Below are positions 1 to 11,314 of a DNA stretch of 64,000 nt, piece after piece. The notes below the pieces were generated by a model, which did not search any database, was not told the DNA's origin, and was given only the letters and a program-made list of their open reading frames with translations. This stretch comes from Ferruginibacter sp. Lineage in GTDB: Bacteria; Bacteroidota; Bacteroidia; Chitinophagales; Chitinophagaceae. The stretch's first letter is position 1, and each line of letters starts with the position of its first letter. The DNA lies in the NCBI GenBank assembly GCA_047600665.1, contig JASGKJ010000003.1, positions 1,794,590 to 1,858,589 of the forward strand. The letters run 5' to 3'. The translations under genes were made by a program, and so were the position numbers.

Positions 1-823
1 AGAATGCTGTCTTTTCATTGTCTTCTTTACCCCAGTTGTCCCATCCTTTTGAATGAATAATAGTATCCATAGCACAGTTCATAAATACGACTTTAGCAAA
101 AGGCTGCCATGGACGCCCCAGGAAAAAACTGTTTGGAGCCGCTTCACCCGAAAGTCTGCAATTCCTGAAAACATATCCAAATTTTTTATGCCGTGGTGTT
201 GATGCTGCAGTAAAATAGCCTCCTTTTTTTCCATAAAGGATACAACTATCGAACAGGCAGGTTGCTGCGCCAAAAATAAAATCAACCGTACCTTCAATAT
301 AACATTTAAAATAATACTGGCGGCTGTCTGAACCCTGTGTATACAAAGTATCCTGGAAACCAAGAAAACGGCAGTTGATAAATATTGCCCTGTCGCCGGT
401 TACCCTTACTGCCACTGCCTGCCCAACAGGACCGGCAGCATTTTCAAACGTAATGTTCTCTGCGTAAAACCCTGCACCAAATATGAAAAAACTGGAGGAT
501 CCTGTAGTTCCTATATTTTTCCCTTCACTGTCTTTTTTTGATGCATAGTCATCGTAAGTAAGAATGGTGCCTTCTACACTCTCACCGGTAAAATGCACGT
601 TCATTTTTGTTTCTGACAAACAAAGCTTCTCTTTATAGGTGCCGTTCTTTATAAAAATAGTTGTTACCTGCGTGCTGGAATCTTTCACTGCATCAATAGC
701 CTCCTGTACTGTTTTAAAATGACCACTGCCATCTCTTGCTACAACAATTGTTTGTGCAATGGCGGTACCAGCAAAAAACAATAATACAAATAAGAGTGAA
801 CATATTTTGGTACGGGTATACAT
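1..823 (-). CDS. Pectinesterase (CE8), 3' end runs off the window
   Basis: Manual translation from ATG at 823 gives MYTRTKICSLLFVLLFFAGTAIAQTIVVARDGSGHFKTVQEAI... and later FFLGRPWQPFAKVVFMNC...GWDNWG, which are CE8 motifs. It is absent from the ORF track because there is no stop in the window. Confidence 0.9.
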   Translation of the reverse strand, partial: MYTRTKICSLLFVLLFFAGTAIAQTIVVARDGSGHFKTVQEAIDAVKDSSTQVTTIFIKNGTYKEKLCLSETKMNVHFTGESVEGTILTYDDYASKKDSEGKNIGTTGSSSFFIFGAGFYAENITFENAAGPVGQAVAVRVTGDRAIFINCRFLGFQDTLYTQGSDSRQYYFKCYIEGTVDFIFGAATCLFDSCILYGKKGGYFTAASTPRHKKFGYVFRNCRLSGEAAPNSFFLGRPWQPFAKVVFMNCAMDTIIHSKGWDNWGKEDNEKTAF

Positions 824-824
824 C

Positions 825-1814
825 TCACTTTGTTTTAAAAACCTTATTTAAAAAAGATGCGATATAACCAGTTGTTGTATCCACCCAGGGATGAAATAAC
901 CAGAACGGGTGGACCTTTATATCAAACTTGTGTACTTCATGATAAATGTTTTGTTCTTTTAATATTCCAATGAGTTCATCCTGGCCCGCATGAAACCTTG
1001 AAAAGCCGCTGTTCAGGAATAACATGGGCACATCAGAGGAATCAGTCATCCAAAAAATGGGTGATGCCTCTTTCCATATAAGCGGTTTATCTTCAAAAGA
1101 ACCACCGAGCCATTCTATATCCGGTGAATTTGGCTGGCGTTTAAGGTTAAGTGAAGCTGGAGCCATAAAATCGATGGCACCATCTATATCAATGACCGCA
1201 CTTACAGTACTGCCGGTTCCTTTATTGCCCTGTTCTCCTTCGAACGACGGCACGTTGTTGGTCAGGCCGACCAAAGAAGCCAGTTGTCCTCCTGCAGAGC
1301 AACCGGATATGGCAATCTTAGCCGTGTCGATTTGGTATTTGTCTGCATTTGCTTTTACCCAACGTATGGCAGACTTGATATTATATACCGCTGCAGGATA
1401 CTTTGCCTCCAGCGATAACTGGTATTCCACTGGTATGGTTACAAATCCCCTGGCAGCAAGCATCTCCGCCATCGGCACCTGCATTTCCTTTGTACCCGAG
1501 CGCCAGCCGCCGCCATGCACCATGATGATGGCAGGGTATTTACCTTTTTTTACAGGACTAAAAACATCAAGGTGCAGCTGCCTGTCGCCATAAGCTGTTG
1601 CAGGCAGGGTTGTATAAACAATATTCCGCTCTGCCTTTACACCTGCCGGCACCGAATCTTTTGCAGGTACAGCAAAAGGAAAATCCCTGCGGATCTGCCT
1701 GTGCACAGCATTTACATTATAAGATGTATCCCGTGGAATACTTACTACCTGTGCAAATGCTGTCGTCAGTATTGCATGTATAAGCATTACCGTTAGCACT
1801 ATCCCTGTACGCAT
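825..1814 (-). CDS. Secreted alpha/beta hydrolase esterase (BD-FAE-like; probable pectin acetyl/methyl esterase)
   Basis: Signal peptide, HGGGW oxyanion motif, GCSAGG nucleophile elbow, C-terminal VHPFW, and PUL context. Confidence 0.85.
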   Translation of the reverse strand: MRTGIVLTVMLIHAILTTAFAQVVSIPRDTSYNVNAVHRQIRRDFPFAVPAKDSVPAGVKAERNIVYTTLPATAYGDRQLHLDVFSPVKKGKYPAIIMVHGGGWRSGTKEMQVPMAEMLAARGFVTIPVEYQLSLEAKYPAAVYNIKSAIRWVKANADKYQIDTAKIAISGCSAGGQLASLVGLTNNVPSFEGEQGNKGTGSTVSAVIDIDGAIDFMAPASLNLKRQPNSPDIEWLGGSFEDKPLIWKEASPIFWMTDSSDVPMLFLNSGFSRFHAGQDELIGILKEQNIYHEVHKFDIKVHPFWLFHPWVDTTTGYIASFLNKVFKTK

Positions 1815-1844
1815 AAAATGTTCTTTGTTTTGAGTGATTACTTT

Positions 1845-2612
1845 TTATGGAGCTGCTTTCTTCGTGATCCGGTCTGCCAGCTCCAGCTTCATGGTTCTTA
1901 TCTCAGCTAAAACCAGTTCTGCCATTCTTCTTGCTCCATATTCATTAAAATGTGTGTTGTCTTTCCTGCCGGCAGGGTAATGCGGATGCTCCATTGAGTC
2001 AAGCTGCATGAATAACACTTTTGAATATACCGGCCCAAACGCCTGTAAAAGCTCCCTGCTTTTTTTATCCAGGTCGATCACCGGCACCTGCTGTTCAGTA
2101 CCCACTTCCCATACTGCCGCCGAATATTCTTTGTGTGTTTCTTTTATATTACCCAGCGAATCAAATACCATACGTGTAACCGGTGTAACGAGAACGGGTA
2201 CTGCTTTTTTTTTACGGGCTTCGGTAATAAATTTCACAAGATTGATCTTATAATCAGGAACCGGTGTATAACGGTCTTTAAACTGTGGCTCTTTTGCTTC
2301 ATCATTGTGACCAAACTGTATAAATACATAATCACCCTCCGTAAGACTGTCTGCAACATTTTTCCACCTGCCTTCCGCAATGAATGTACGGGTGCTCCTG
2401 CCACCACGGGCCCTGTTCATAACGGTTACGGTAGAATCAAAAAAATATTCGAATGGTGTTCCCCAGCCAGTAACAGGCGACCTGTCACGGGGCTGGATAC
2501 ACATAGTGGAATCACCCACCATCCATACCCGGATATTTTTTTGCGGGATAATAAAAGCTACTATCCCCGTAAACACAATAATAACTGCGGCATCTTTAAA
2601 CCTTGAATACAT
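1845..2612 (-). CDS. Rhamnogalacturonan acetylesterase (CE12, SGNH/GDSL hydrolase)
   Basis: SGNH blocks GDST, RGGRS, QFGHND and DNTH. Confidence 0.9.
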   Translation of the reverse strand: MYSRFKDAAVIIVFTGIVAFIIPQKNIRVWMVGDSTMCIQPRDRSPVTGWGTPFEYFFDSTVTVMNRARGGRSTRTFIAEGRWKNVADSLTEGDYVFIQFGHNDEAKEPQFKDRYTPVPDYKINLVKFITEARKKKAVPVLVTPVTRMVFDSLGNIKETHKEYSAAVWEVGTEQQVPVIDLDKKSRELLQAFGPVYSKVLFMQLDSMEHPHYPAGRKDNTHFNEYGARRMAELVLAEIRTMKLELADRITKKAAP

Positions 2613-2634
2613 GTTTCATCATTTTAGTGTAAAG

Positions 2635-2664
2635 AATACCCGCAACAGGAATGTCACGGGTATT
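2635..2664 (-). other. Intra-operon stem-loop downstream of susD (weak terminator or mRNA-stabilising hairpin)
   Basis: AATACCCG (2635-2642) and CGGGTATT (2657-2664) form a perfect 8-bp inverted repeat in the 107-bp gap after susD. The U-tract is weak. Confidence 0.45.
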
Positions 2665-2719
2665 GGTTGCTACTACGACGACTGCCTATGAAAGGATCTT
2701 TATATGCTGTTTGCAATAA

Positions 2720-4402
2720 TTAGTTGTAACCCGGGTTCTGCTGAAACTGGTCTTTATTCTGCATCACATCAATTTCAACCTGCGGTATCGGTCTTACCAA
2801 ATGATAATCTTTGATATTGGGTGCAGCATCCAGGTTGTATTGCTTCACCCGCTCTAACAGTTTACCGGTTCTTTTCAGATCAAACCACCTTAACTGCTCC
2901 CCTACAAATTCTCTTGCACGTTCATCCAGGATAAAATCGATCGTAACATCAGCAGCAGTAATTTGCATAGCCGCTTCTTTACCCGGCACGGCAGCCCTTG
3001 TTCTTACCACATTGATAAAATCAGCGGCCTGCTGTAAATTACCGAGGTACATACTTGCTTCTGCTGCGATCATGTACATTTCAGGAAGCCTGAAAACTAT
3101 TGCATCTCTTTTGCTTTCATGCACCAGCGGACCACTGCGTGTTGGATCAGCAAATTTATTTACCTGTACATACCTGCTGCGGTCACCTTTGGGAAGACCG
3201 TTTGCTTCATACACATCATTACGGTCGAAGATGGTATATTTTCTTGATGCCCTGTAATCACTGGAAACAACCTCTTTTGTTGTGTACATAATGGTATCAC
3301 CAATATGAATATCTGCAGGTATGGTTGTTGGATCATTTGCCCACCATTCCGTTCTGAAAGAACCCCTGTAACGGGCGTCTTTTGTTTCATCATATAAATC
3401 GAGCAAATATCTTGATGGCAGGAACTGGTTCAGCGGCCTGCCATTCTCCACGTCAAAAGTGAGACCCGGCAATGCAAAATTCATTTCAGTAAAGAATGTA
3501 TGTGCCTGGTGACCACCTTCCCATAACCAGAAATAACCAAGGTCACTTCCGAGCGGACGGTCATTCAAACTGTTATCTGCGGTATAGTTCACAAACCAGA
3601 TCGCTTCTTTATTCGTGTTACCATTACTGTTAGTTCCCATTTGCCAAAGCGCTTTATAGTCCTTGATCATTTCGAAACCATAGTTTGTTATCACTTTTTT
3701 AGCCATATCAAGCGCCAGCTGGTATTCCTTGCGTGTTAAATAAACACGGGCAAGAAATGCTTCTGTTGCAGGTTGTGTTACCCTTCCGCCTGCAGGCGTT
3801 ATCTGTCCCTGCAGGTTTGTTTCAGCAGTACCCAGGTCTTCCAGGATAAGTTTGTAAACATCATCCACCGAAGCACGGGTTGCCGTCATTTCAGGGCTCT
3901 GTGTTTCTGTTGTTTTGATGGGTACTGGTCCGAAGGTTTCTACAAGGTGATAATAATAGAATGCCCGTAAAAAATGCACCTCACCAAGCCTTGTCTTTAC
4001 CGTTGCATCTGGCAGGCCAGAGCCTGGCAAACGGGTGATGGCTGCATTGCAGGCATTGATGCCTTTGTATAAACCAGCCCATACATGTATAAAGCCGGGA
4101 TCTGCTCCCTGCAGTGTATTATTGTACTCGTGGTATTGTGCGTAACCACCTCCCCAGCCGGCCCTCAACACTTCGTCTGTTCCTGCTTCTGTAAGCAGCA
4201 ACCCGATCATTTTGCCATACCAGAGCCTGCCGGGTGCATAACAGGCATTGATAAGCGTTTCAATACCGTCAGGCGTTTTATAAAGCACATCAGCCGTGGT
4301 ACCCGTTTTATTATTTTCCTCAAGGAATTTTTTACAGCTGCCCAGCAATACCAATGCTGATATAACTGTAACGAATAGTGTATATTTTTTAATTTGTTTC
4401 AT
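2720..4402 (-). CDS. susD: RagB/SusD family outer-membrane lipoprotein
   Basis: Lipobox LLGSC, GEVHFLRAFYY, FRLPEMYMIAAEA, ERAREFVGEQLRWFDLKR, C-terminal QNPGY; lies directly downstream of susC. Confidence 0.95.
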   Translation of the reverse strand: MKQIKKYTLFVTVISALVLLGSCKKFLEENNKTGTTADVLYKTPDGIETLINACYAPGRLWYGKMIGLLLTEAGTDEVLRAGWGGGYAQYHEYNNTLQGADPGFIHVWAGLYKGINACNAAITRLPGSGLPDATVKTRLGEVHFLRAFYYYHLVETFGPVPIKTTETQSPEMTATRASVDDVYKLILEDLGTAETNLQGQITPAGGRVTQPATEAFLARVYLTRKEYQLALDMAKKVITNYGFEMIKDYKALWQMGTNSNGNTNKEAIWFVNYTADNSLNDRPLGSDLGYFWLWEGGHQAHTFFTEMNFALPGLTFDVENGRPLNQFLPSRYLLDLYDETKDARYRGSFRTEWWANDPTTIPADIHIGDTIMYTTKEVVSSDYRASRKYTIFDRNDVYEANGLPKGDRSRYVQVNKFADPTRSGPLVHESKRDAIVFRLPEMYMIAAEASMYLGNLQQAADFINVVRTRAAVPGKEAAMQITAADVTIDFILDERAREFVGEQLRWFDLKRTGKLLERVKQYNLDAAPNIKDYHLVRPIPQVEIDVMQNKDQFQQNPGYN

Positions 4403-4419
4403 AATGCAAGTTTTTCTTT

Positions 4420-7400
4420 TTAAAGTGAGAAATTAAGACCGAATACCAGCTGCTTTGTCAGCGGGAATTCACCGGAACCACCCCTTTCAGGATCATAATT
4501 CTCTACTTTGCTGAATGTGAAATAATTTTTTGCTGTTACATAGAAAATAGCTGATTCAAACGGCAGCTTTTTAATGCTTGCCCTGTTCAGCGTGTACTGC
4601 AGCCTGATGTCTTTTATTTTTACAAATGAACCTGTCTGGTACCGGAGTGTGCTTAAGTACAGGTCATTACCATTTGTACGTGGCCGTGGATAAGCATTGG
4701 TTGGGTTCTCCGGTGTCCAGTAATCAACATTGGAAGTATTGAATATACCGCCGGTGTAATATGACCCTGCATAATCGCTGGAGATCATCTGGCCGATCCT
4801 CGCAAAAACCAGTACACTAAGCATAACATTCTTATAGCTTACCTGGTTGGTGATACCCGCAGTCCAGTCCGGTGTTGCTTTACCCAATACAATACGGTCA
4901 TCCGTTGCTGTTATTTTTCCATCGCCATTCAGGTCCTTCACTTTTATCTCACCGGGATTTGAATTATATCCCGTAGCCTGGTCTTTCTCGCCGGTCTGCC
5001 AAATACCCAGCTTTTGGTAATCATAGAATACCTGTAAAGGTTTACCAACAAACCATGCTTTTGAAATATCATCACCACCAACGCTCAACTGTACGATCTC
5101 TTCACGGAAAGTGGAGAAATTCATATCTGTTGTCCATTTGAAATTCTTTGAAGAAAAATTGACTGTGCTTAAATTGATGTCGATACCTCTTGTTTTTGTT
5201 TTACCAACATTATCAATGATAGAACTAAAACCGGTTGTTGTTGGCAGTATCCTTTCCATCAGCAGGTCACTTGTTTTGGTGGAATATACATCCACAGAAC
5301 CAGTGAGCCTGTTATTGAAGAAACCAAAATCAACGCCAAGGTTAAGTGATGTTGTTTTTTCCCAACTCAGTTCTTTATTGGCAACATTTTTTGGCCAGTA
5401 ACCAATAGCCGGTGTTTCATCAAAAGCGTATGGTATACGGCCAAGACCACCTTGTGTTTGATAAGGCTGTATGGCACTGTTACCTGATAAGCCGTAGCTT
5501 GCCCTCAATTTCAATTCAGAAAGAAAGTTCACTTTGCTCATGAAATCTTCATCATGAATTCTCCATGCAACGGCTGCTGATGGAAAACTAGCCCATTTAT
5601 TTCCTTCGGCCAGTACAGATGATCCGTCTGCACGGATTGAGCCTGTGAAGAGGTATTTTCCTTTATAATCATAGTTGATACGTGCAAAGCCGGATGCCAG
5701 CTGGCTTTCAACAAGGCTGCTGCTGATCCTGAGGTCAGTTGCATTGGCGCCCAGGTTATAAAACAATGCTGTTGCAAAGGGTTGGTTTTTTCCTTCAGCA
5801 GAAAAGGCCACCGTTCTGCCTTTTATTGCACTGGTTCCAACAAGTACATTCAGGTTATGATCATTAAAACTTTGTTTGTAGTTCAGTGTATTTTCCCATG
5901 TCCAGTTACGTGTTTTGATATCAGTGATAGAAGACTTGCTCATACCATTGTTCAATGATGCAAGCGTGTACAATGTGCCTTCATAAATACCCTGCTGGCT
6001 GTTGAAGATATCAATACCCATATTGGTTTTAAAAGTCAGGTTCTTTAAAATGTCCCATTGTGCAAAACCCACCATGAATATCCTGCTTGTCTTTGTATTA
6101 TTGGTATAGTTCATCGGGTCTTCATCCACCAATGGGTTCCTGTCCAGTGATCCTGGCCATGGATAAATTTTGATGGTGCCGTCATCATTATATGGTTTGC
6201 TGAAAGGCAATAATTTTCCAAGATTCCAGAAACTTGTATTACGCCTGTTCTGATCTGAGGAATTAAAATTAAGGATGGTACCAACTTTCAAAGATGGGGC
6301 GATCCTGTAATCGGCATTCAGGTGCTGCACAAAACGTTTCAATACATCATTTTTCAAAAAGCCCTGCTCCCTGAAAAACTCTGATGATAAACGCAGTGAT
6401 ATTTTATCATTGCCGCCGGATACTGCCACATGGTGACTGTTCACAAAACCATCATGCACCATTAATCCTGTCCAGTCAGTAGTTGTACCTTCTTTTATCA
6501 ACGAATAATTTGCTTTAAAAATAGAGCTGTCATCCGCCGGACTGCTCCACTGACCTGCAGCCCTGTACGCTTCACGTGTGATGGCTACATACTGATCCAA
6601 GTTAGATGGCTGTGCATATTTGCCAAGTGTATTAATACCAACATAATTACTTGCTTCTATTTTTGTTTTTCCTTTACCGCTTTTAGTAGTGATAAGGATA
6701 ACACCATTCGCACCTCTTGAACCGTAGATAGCTGTAGAAGATGCGTCTTTTAATATTTCAATCGAGGCTACATCATTTGGATTTACATCAATATAAGAAC
6801 CATATTGTATTCCATCCACCAGTACAAGCGGCTGGTTGGATGCATTGAGTGAACGGTTACCACGTACCGTAAAACTCATACCAGCACCTGTTTCACCTGA
6901 ACTGCGTACCAGGTCAAGCCCTGATACTTTGCCCTGCATGGTTTCAAGCACATTGGTCACTGGTGTGGAAGTGATCTGTTCCTGGCGCAATGAAACAACA
7001 GAACCGGTAAGATCTTTTTCTTCACACTGCCATACCCGATGATCACTACGTTATCCAGGCTTTGATTCAGTATCTTTTAATGTAATGTCAATGGATTTAC
7101 GGCTGCCGACAGTGATCTCCTGCTGTACATACCCAACATAACTGAATACTAAAATGGAGCTTGCTCCTTTTACATTGATCGAGTAGGTGCCCTTATCATT
7201 TGTAGTGGCACCACCGGTTTCATTCTTTACCGTTATGCTCACATTCGCCATTGGCTGACCCTGCTCATTTGTTACTTTACCAATGATGCTTTGCTCCGTT
7301 TCTTCTGGTCCATCTTTTTTAATAGCGATCAGGTGATCATTGATCATCTCGAAAGTAAGCCCGGCATTTTTTAGCAGCAGCTGCATCACTTCTGCAATGG

Positions 7401-7665
7401 CTGCTTCATTAACACTGATAGAGACCTTCTGCTTTATTTCAGCAAGGTCTCCATTATAGATAAACCGATAGGAAGTACGCTTTTCAATTGTTGAAATAGC
7501 GTCTTCAATTTCTTCGTTTTGCAGCTTCATGCTTATCTTATCCTGGGAGAATCCCCGGGCTGATACCTGTAAGCAAAAAGCCAGCATACATACAGCAGTC
7601 AACTTCATAATGATCAAAATTTGAGGTGGCCGAAGTTTTCTTGCAACCGTTTTTGAAAAAAGCAT
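4420..7665 (-). CDS. susC: SusC/RagA TonB-dependent transporter with N-terminal STN signalling domain; interrupted by a compensating +1/-1 indel pair at ~7062 and ~7017
   Basis: ORFs 7051-7755 and 4420-6990 share one frame. The shifted frame between them reads SLDNVVIIGYGSVKK, leading into KDLTGSV. ILKDASSTAIYGSRGANGVILITTK and C-terminal FGLNFSL are present. Likely start is ATG 7665 (MLFSKTVARK...). Confidence 0.9.
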
Positions 7666-7815
7666 AATTTTGGTTTTTAAGGTTAAATAATAGTATTTAG
7701 TACCAGACTGAGTTACAAAAAGTTTAATCTTATTTACAGGAGGATGGGCCAACATCTTCCTGTTTTATTATAACACTTTTGTATTCTCTATTTATTCATT
7801 TAGCATAGCTCTTTT

Positions 7816-8988
7816 TTATTCAGCAGCAATATGAATTTCGCCTGCTGATCTTTTATACGTAAACCGGGACACTTTCTGCAACGCTGTCAATGCTTCCTCC
7901 ACGGTTTCATCTTCAAATGTGCCGGTGAACAATAACTGTTTTACCCTTTCATCATCAAACACCAGTTTTACATTGTACCATCTTTCCATCTTTTCAGCGA
8001 TTGCACTAAAATCATCGTTCCTGAAAACAAGCCGGTTGTACATCCACGCTGTTTCTTCAATCTCTTGTGCATCTTTTTTTGGCTCCACCTCCACCAGTCT
8101 CATATTTTTTGTTTCTTGTGAAACCACTATTTTATTAGCTGCAGGCTCTCCCTGCTCACTATTCACCAAACCATGCACCGGTATAATGAGTTTCTGATTT
8201 GGCTTCAGCAACACTTTGTTTTCTTTATCAAACTTTGTTGTTACTTCCACTGCGCCTCTTAATAAAGTTGTTTCCATCACTGCGTCACCATCGTAAGACC
8301 GTACATTAAAGGCCGTTCCCAAAACCTTTACATCAATATCTCCTGCATGCACTACAAAAGGCCGGGCAGGATTTTTTATCACATCAAAATATGCTTCGCC
8401 ATGCAGGATTACTTCTCTTGTATTGTTATTATAATTATCACTGTAGGAAAGTGTGGAACCTGCATTCAGCCAGATCTTTGATCCATCAGGCAGCATAGCA
8501 CTTGTCCTGCTCCCTTTCTGCGCCGTGATCACAAATTCGTTTCCTGCAGCAATATTCTTTTTATCTCTGCCTGCCAGGTTGTTTCTTTCCTGCAATAAAA
8601 TGACAGTAACTGATACGATCACCAGCAGCACCGCCGCATACTTTAAAAAACTATACATATTTCTGCGGATGAAATTTTTCCTATCCCCTGTTTCTACATG
8701 ACGAACAACATCATCAACCGTACTGTTCACGGCAGGGATATCATTGGTTGCCTTCTTTGCACGCTGCTGTAATTGTTTCAGCTTTTCCTTTTTTGCTATC
8801 GATCTTGCTTTGGATAACTCAGCCTCATGTAAACTTTTATTCAACAGCTTTGGCATTGTATCCTGCCAGGCCCTGTATTCCGGGTTGCTGCTGATAAATA
8901 CCTCCAGTTCAGCAGCCTCTTCTGGAGTAGCTTCACCAAAGGTTACCCTGGCCATCAATGCTGCAATTCTGTTTGTTATTTCCATCAA
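7816..8988 (-). CDS. FecR family anti-sigma factor
   Basis: Single TM helix, LPDGSKIWLNAGSTL, GEAYFDV, VKVLGTAFNV, C-terminal DUF4974-like region; sits between the ECF sigma and susC. Confidence 0.93.
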   Translation of the reverse strand: MMEITNRIAALMARVTFGEATPEEAAELEVFISSNPEYRAWQDTMPKLLNKSLHEAELSKARSIAKKEKLKQLQQRAKKATNDIPAVNSTVDDVVRHVETGDRKNFIRRNMYSFLKYAAVLLVIVSVTVILLQERNNLAGRDKKNIAAGNEFVITAQKGSRTSAMLPDGSKIWLNAGSTLSYSDNYNNNTREVILHGEAYFDVIKNPARPFVVHAGDIDVKVLGTAFNVRSYDGDAVMETTLLRGAVEVTTKFDKENKVLLKPNQKLIIPVHGLVNSEQGEPAANKIVVSQETKNMRLVEVEPKKDAQEIEETAWMYNRLVFRNDDFSAIAEKMERWYNVKLVFDDERVKQLLFTGTFEDETVEEALTALQKVSRFTYKRSAGEIHIAAE

Positions 8989-9054
8989 AATTTAAAATGC
9001 CATTTACCAGACGCAGATTTTACAATCATCTACTAAAGGATTTGAAAAAAAATT

Positions 9055-9696
9055 TTAAGATTGTTGCAGGTACCAGCTGTTATTGCTGTTTTTACCAATC
9101 CCAATTGCTGCGCAGATGCGTTTTACAGCGATGGCCATCTGGTTATCAATCGTGTTAACAGATATGCCCAATATCTCGGCGACTTCTTTGTAGGCAAGCC
9201 CATCTTCACGTATGAGCCTGAATATAAGCCGGCATTTGGGTGGTAATGAATCAACCGCCACCTGTAATGCCTGGTTCATTTCAGATAATACAAGATCTTC
9301 GAGCGGGTTGGTGGAGTGTGATTGTACAGCATAGCCACCAGCAGAAAAGTCTGTTGAAAGTGTATGGTTTTTCTTCCTGAGGCTGGAGATGCATTCGTTC
9401 TTTACAGACTTATAAAGGTAGACTGGTAAATTCTCAATATTGGATACCAACAGCGGGTTGTTCCATAGTTTTAAAATAATATCATCCACTATTTCCTCTG
9501 CTGTTTCAGTAACTGAAACAAAGCTTTGTGCAAAATGTACCAGTTTATCATAATAATGATCAAACAGCCATTCAATGGCCCTGTCATCTCTACCAGAGAT
9601 CAGTCTTTTTATTTCCGCAAGCAAAGCAGCATCGTTGTGTTTAAGCGTTTCCATTCCCTTTTTATTAAGTGAATAATTGCACTCTTGTTCCATCAT
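9055..9696 (-). CDS. ECF-type RNA polymerase sigma-70 factor
   Basis: Region 2 (AEEIVDDIILKLW, YLYKSVKN) and region 4 (LPPKCRLIF...YKEVAEILGISVNTIDNQM). The start may be a later Met. Confidence 0.93.
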   Translation of the reverse strand: MMEQECNYSLNKKGMETLKHNDAALLAEIKRLISGRDDRAIEWLFDHYYDKLVHFAQSFVSVTETAEEIVDDIILKLWNNPLLVSNIENLPVYLYKSVKNECISSLRKKNHTLSTDFSAGGYAVQSHSTNPLEDLVLSEMNQALQVAVDSLPPKCRLIFRLIREDGLAYKEVAEILGISVNTIDNQMAIAVKRICAAIGIGKNSNNSWYLQQS

Positions 9697-11313
9697 TTAT
9701 TCCACCCTGAACCAGTCGAAATCGCCCCAACCACTGTCATTCACCTGCTGTTCCCTGGTACAAAAGATACCGACCTTTGCACCTTTCCATCGTCCCTTGG
9801 TGGCTGTAAATGGTTCACCGGCTTTTATAAAATCTCTTCCATCATAACTATAATAAAAATTACATTCTGCACTACCGGAAACCTGTACACGTAAATAAAC
9901 ATCCCCGGTGCCCAGTTTTGTAATTACAGTTTCCCTTTCTGGCTTACCGCCAGCAGCATCATTGCACACAGCATATACAAGCTGCATCCCATCTTTACTA
10001 TTCTTAATTACAATACCAGCATAACTCAGGCCCATGATGACCAGCCCGGCTTTTTCATTTTCAAGTTTTGGATTTGGAACAAAACTCACTTTGGTAGTTA
10101 CAGTAAATTGATCAGCAGGAAACTTTTGAAGTAAAACAGTGGGAACATCCCATAAATTTTTAGCACTATCAGGAATTTTTGATGAGAACAATCTTAAATA
10201 TCCTTTTGACGGATTTAAGAAATAAGCCGTTGGTTTTGGGTTAGCCATCCATTGCCATTGTTTACCCAGGATATTATCGTTGAACTCATCGCTGTCAACC
10301 GGCGTTTGAACAGGATATGTTTTACCAACAGCCGGTTTTTTATATTGTGATACCGGCTCCCCTTTTCCGTCAGCATCTTTATCCACGCCAATCACCGGCC
10401 AGTCATTAACCCATTTCATCGGTTGCAGGTGCACCACCCTGCCATATGCTTCCTTATCCTGGAAATGCAGGAACCAGTCTTCGCCTGTTTGCGTGGTTAC
10501 CCATGCGCCCTGGTGAGGACCATTGGTTGTGGAACCACCCTGGTCCATCACTACTTTTCTTTCGTATGGACCAAAAATATTTTTAGAACGCAGCACCAGT
10601 TGCCAGCCTGTGGAAACGCCACCAGCCGGTGCAAAAATGTAATAGTAACCATTACGCTTATAGAATTTTGGCCCTTCAATGGTTGGGTCCAGTTCATGCC
10701 CGTCATACACCATCACCCCTTCATCGATCACTTTCGTTCCTTCTTTATTTAACTTTTTAACAGTGATGATACTTTTAATACCGGCACGGCTGCCGGCATA
10801 TGCATGCACCAGGTATACGTTACCGTTATCATCCCACAAAGGACAGGGATCGATCAAGCCTTTTCCTTCCTGTACAAGGACCGGTTCTGACCAGGGCCCT
10901 GCGGCATTGGTGGCTTTGATAAGATATATGCCAAAGTCGGGATCAGGATAATATATATAAAACTCCCCGTTATGATGGCGGATGGCCGGCGCCCATACAC
11001 CCTCTCCATGACGGGGCACAGCAAAATGCTCAAAAGGAACCTGGCGTTTTAATGCATGGCCGATGATCGTCCAGTTAACAAGGTCTTTCGATTGCAGAAC
11101 AGGTAACCCCGGCATATCTTCAAACGAGGAAGCCGTTAAATAAAAATTATCTCCAACACGTATTACATCCGGATCTGAATAATCTGCATTGATAACCGGG
11201 TTCTTAAAAGTACCATCACCGTTATCAGCCACCCATACTTTAGACACAAAAGGTTTTTGTGCACTTACAAGTACCGAAATAAATAAACTTATGACCAGGA
11301 GAAATTGTTTCAT
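9697..11313 (-). CDS. Glycoside hydrolase family 43 with C-terminal beta-sandwich domain
   Basis: DYSDPDV, GVWAP, IDPCPLWD, EGPKFYK, HQGAWV. Start moved to ATG 11313 (MKQFLL signal peptide) to avoid overlapping the upstream gene. Confidence 0.92.
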   Translation of the reverse strand: MKQFLLVISLFISVLVSAQKPFVSKVWVADNGDGTFKNPVINADYSDPDVIRVGDNFYLTASSFEDMPGLPVLQSKDLVNWTIIGHALKRQVPFEHFAVPRHGEGVWAPAIRHHNGEFYIYYPDPDFGIYLIKATNAAGPWSEPVLVQEGKGLIDPCPLWDDNGNVYLVHAYAGSRAGIKSIITVKKLNKEGTKVIDEGVMVYDGHELDPTIEGPKFYKRNGYYYIFAPAGGVSTGWQLVLRSKNIFGPYERKVVMDQGGSTTNGPHQGAWVTTQTGEDWFLHFQDKEAYGRVVHLQPMKWVNDWPVIGVDKDADGKGEPVSQYKKPAVGKTYPVQTPVDSDEFNDNILGKQWQWMANPKPTAYFLNPSKGYLRLFSSKIPDSAKNLWDVPTVLLQKFPADQFTVTTKVSFVPNPKLENEKAGLVIMGLSYAGIVIKNSKDGMQLVYAVCNDAAGGKPERETVITKLGTGDVYLRVQVSGSAECNFYYSYDGRDFIKAGEPFTATKGRWKGAKVGIFCTREQQVNDSGWGDFDWFRVE

Positions 11314-11314
11314 C

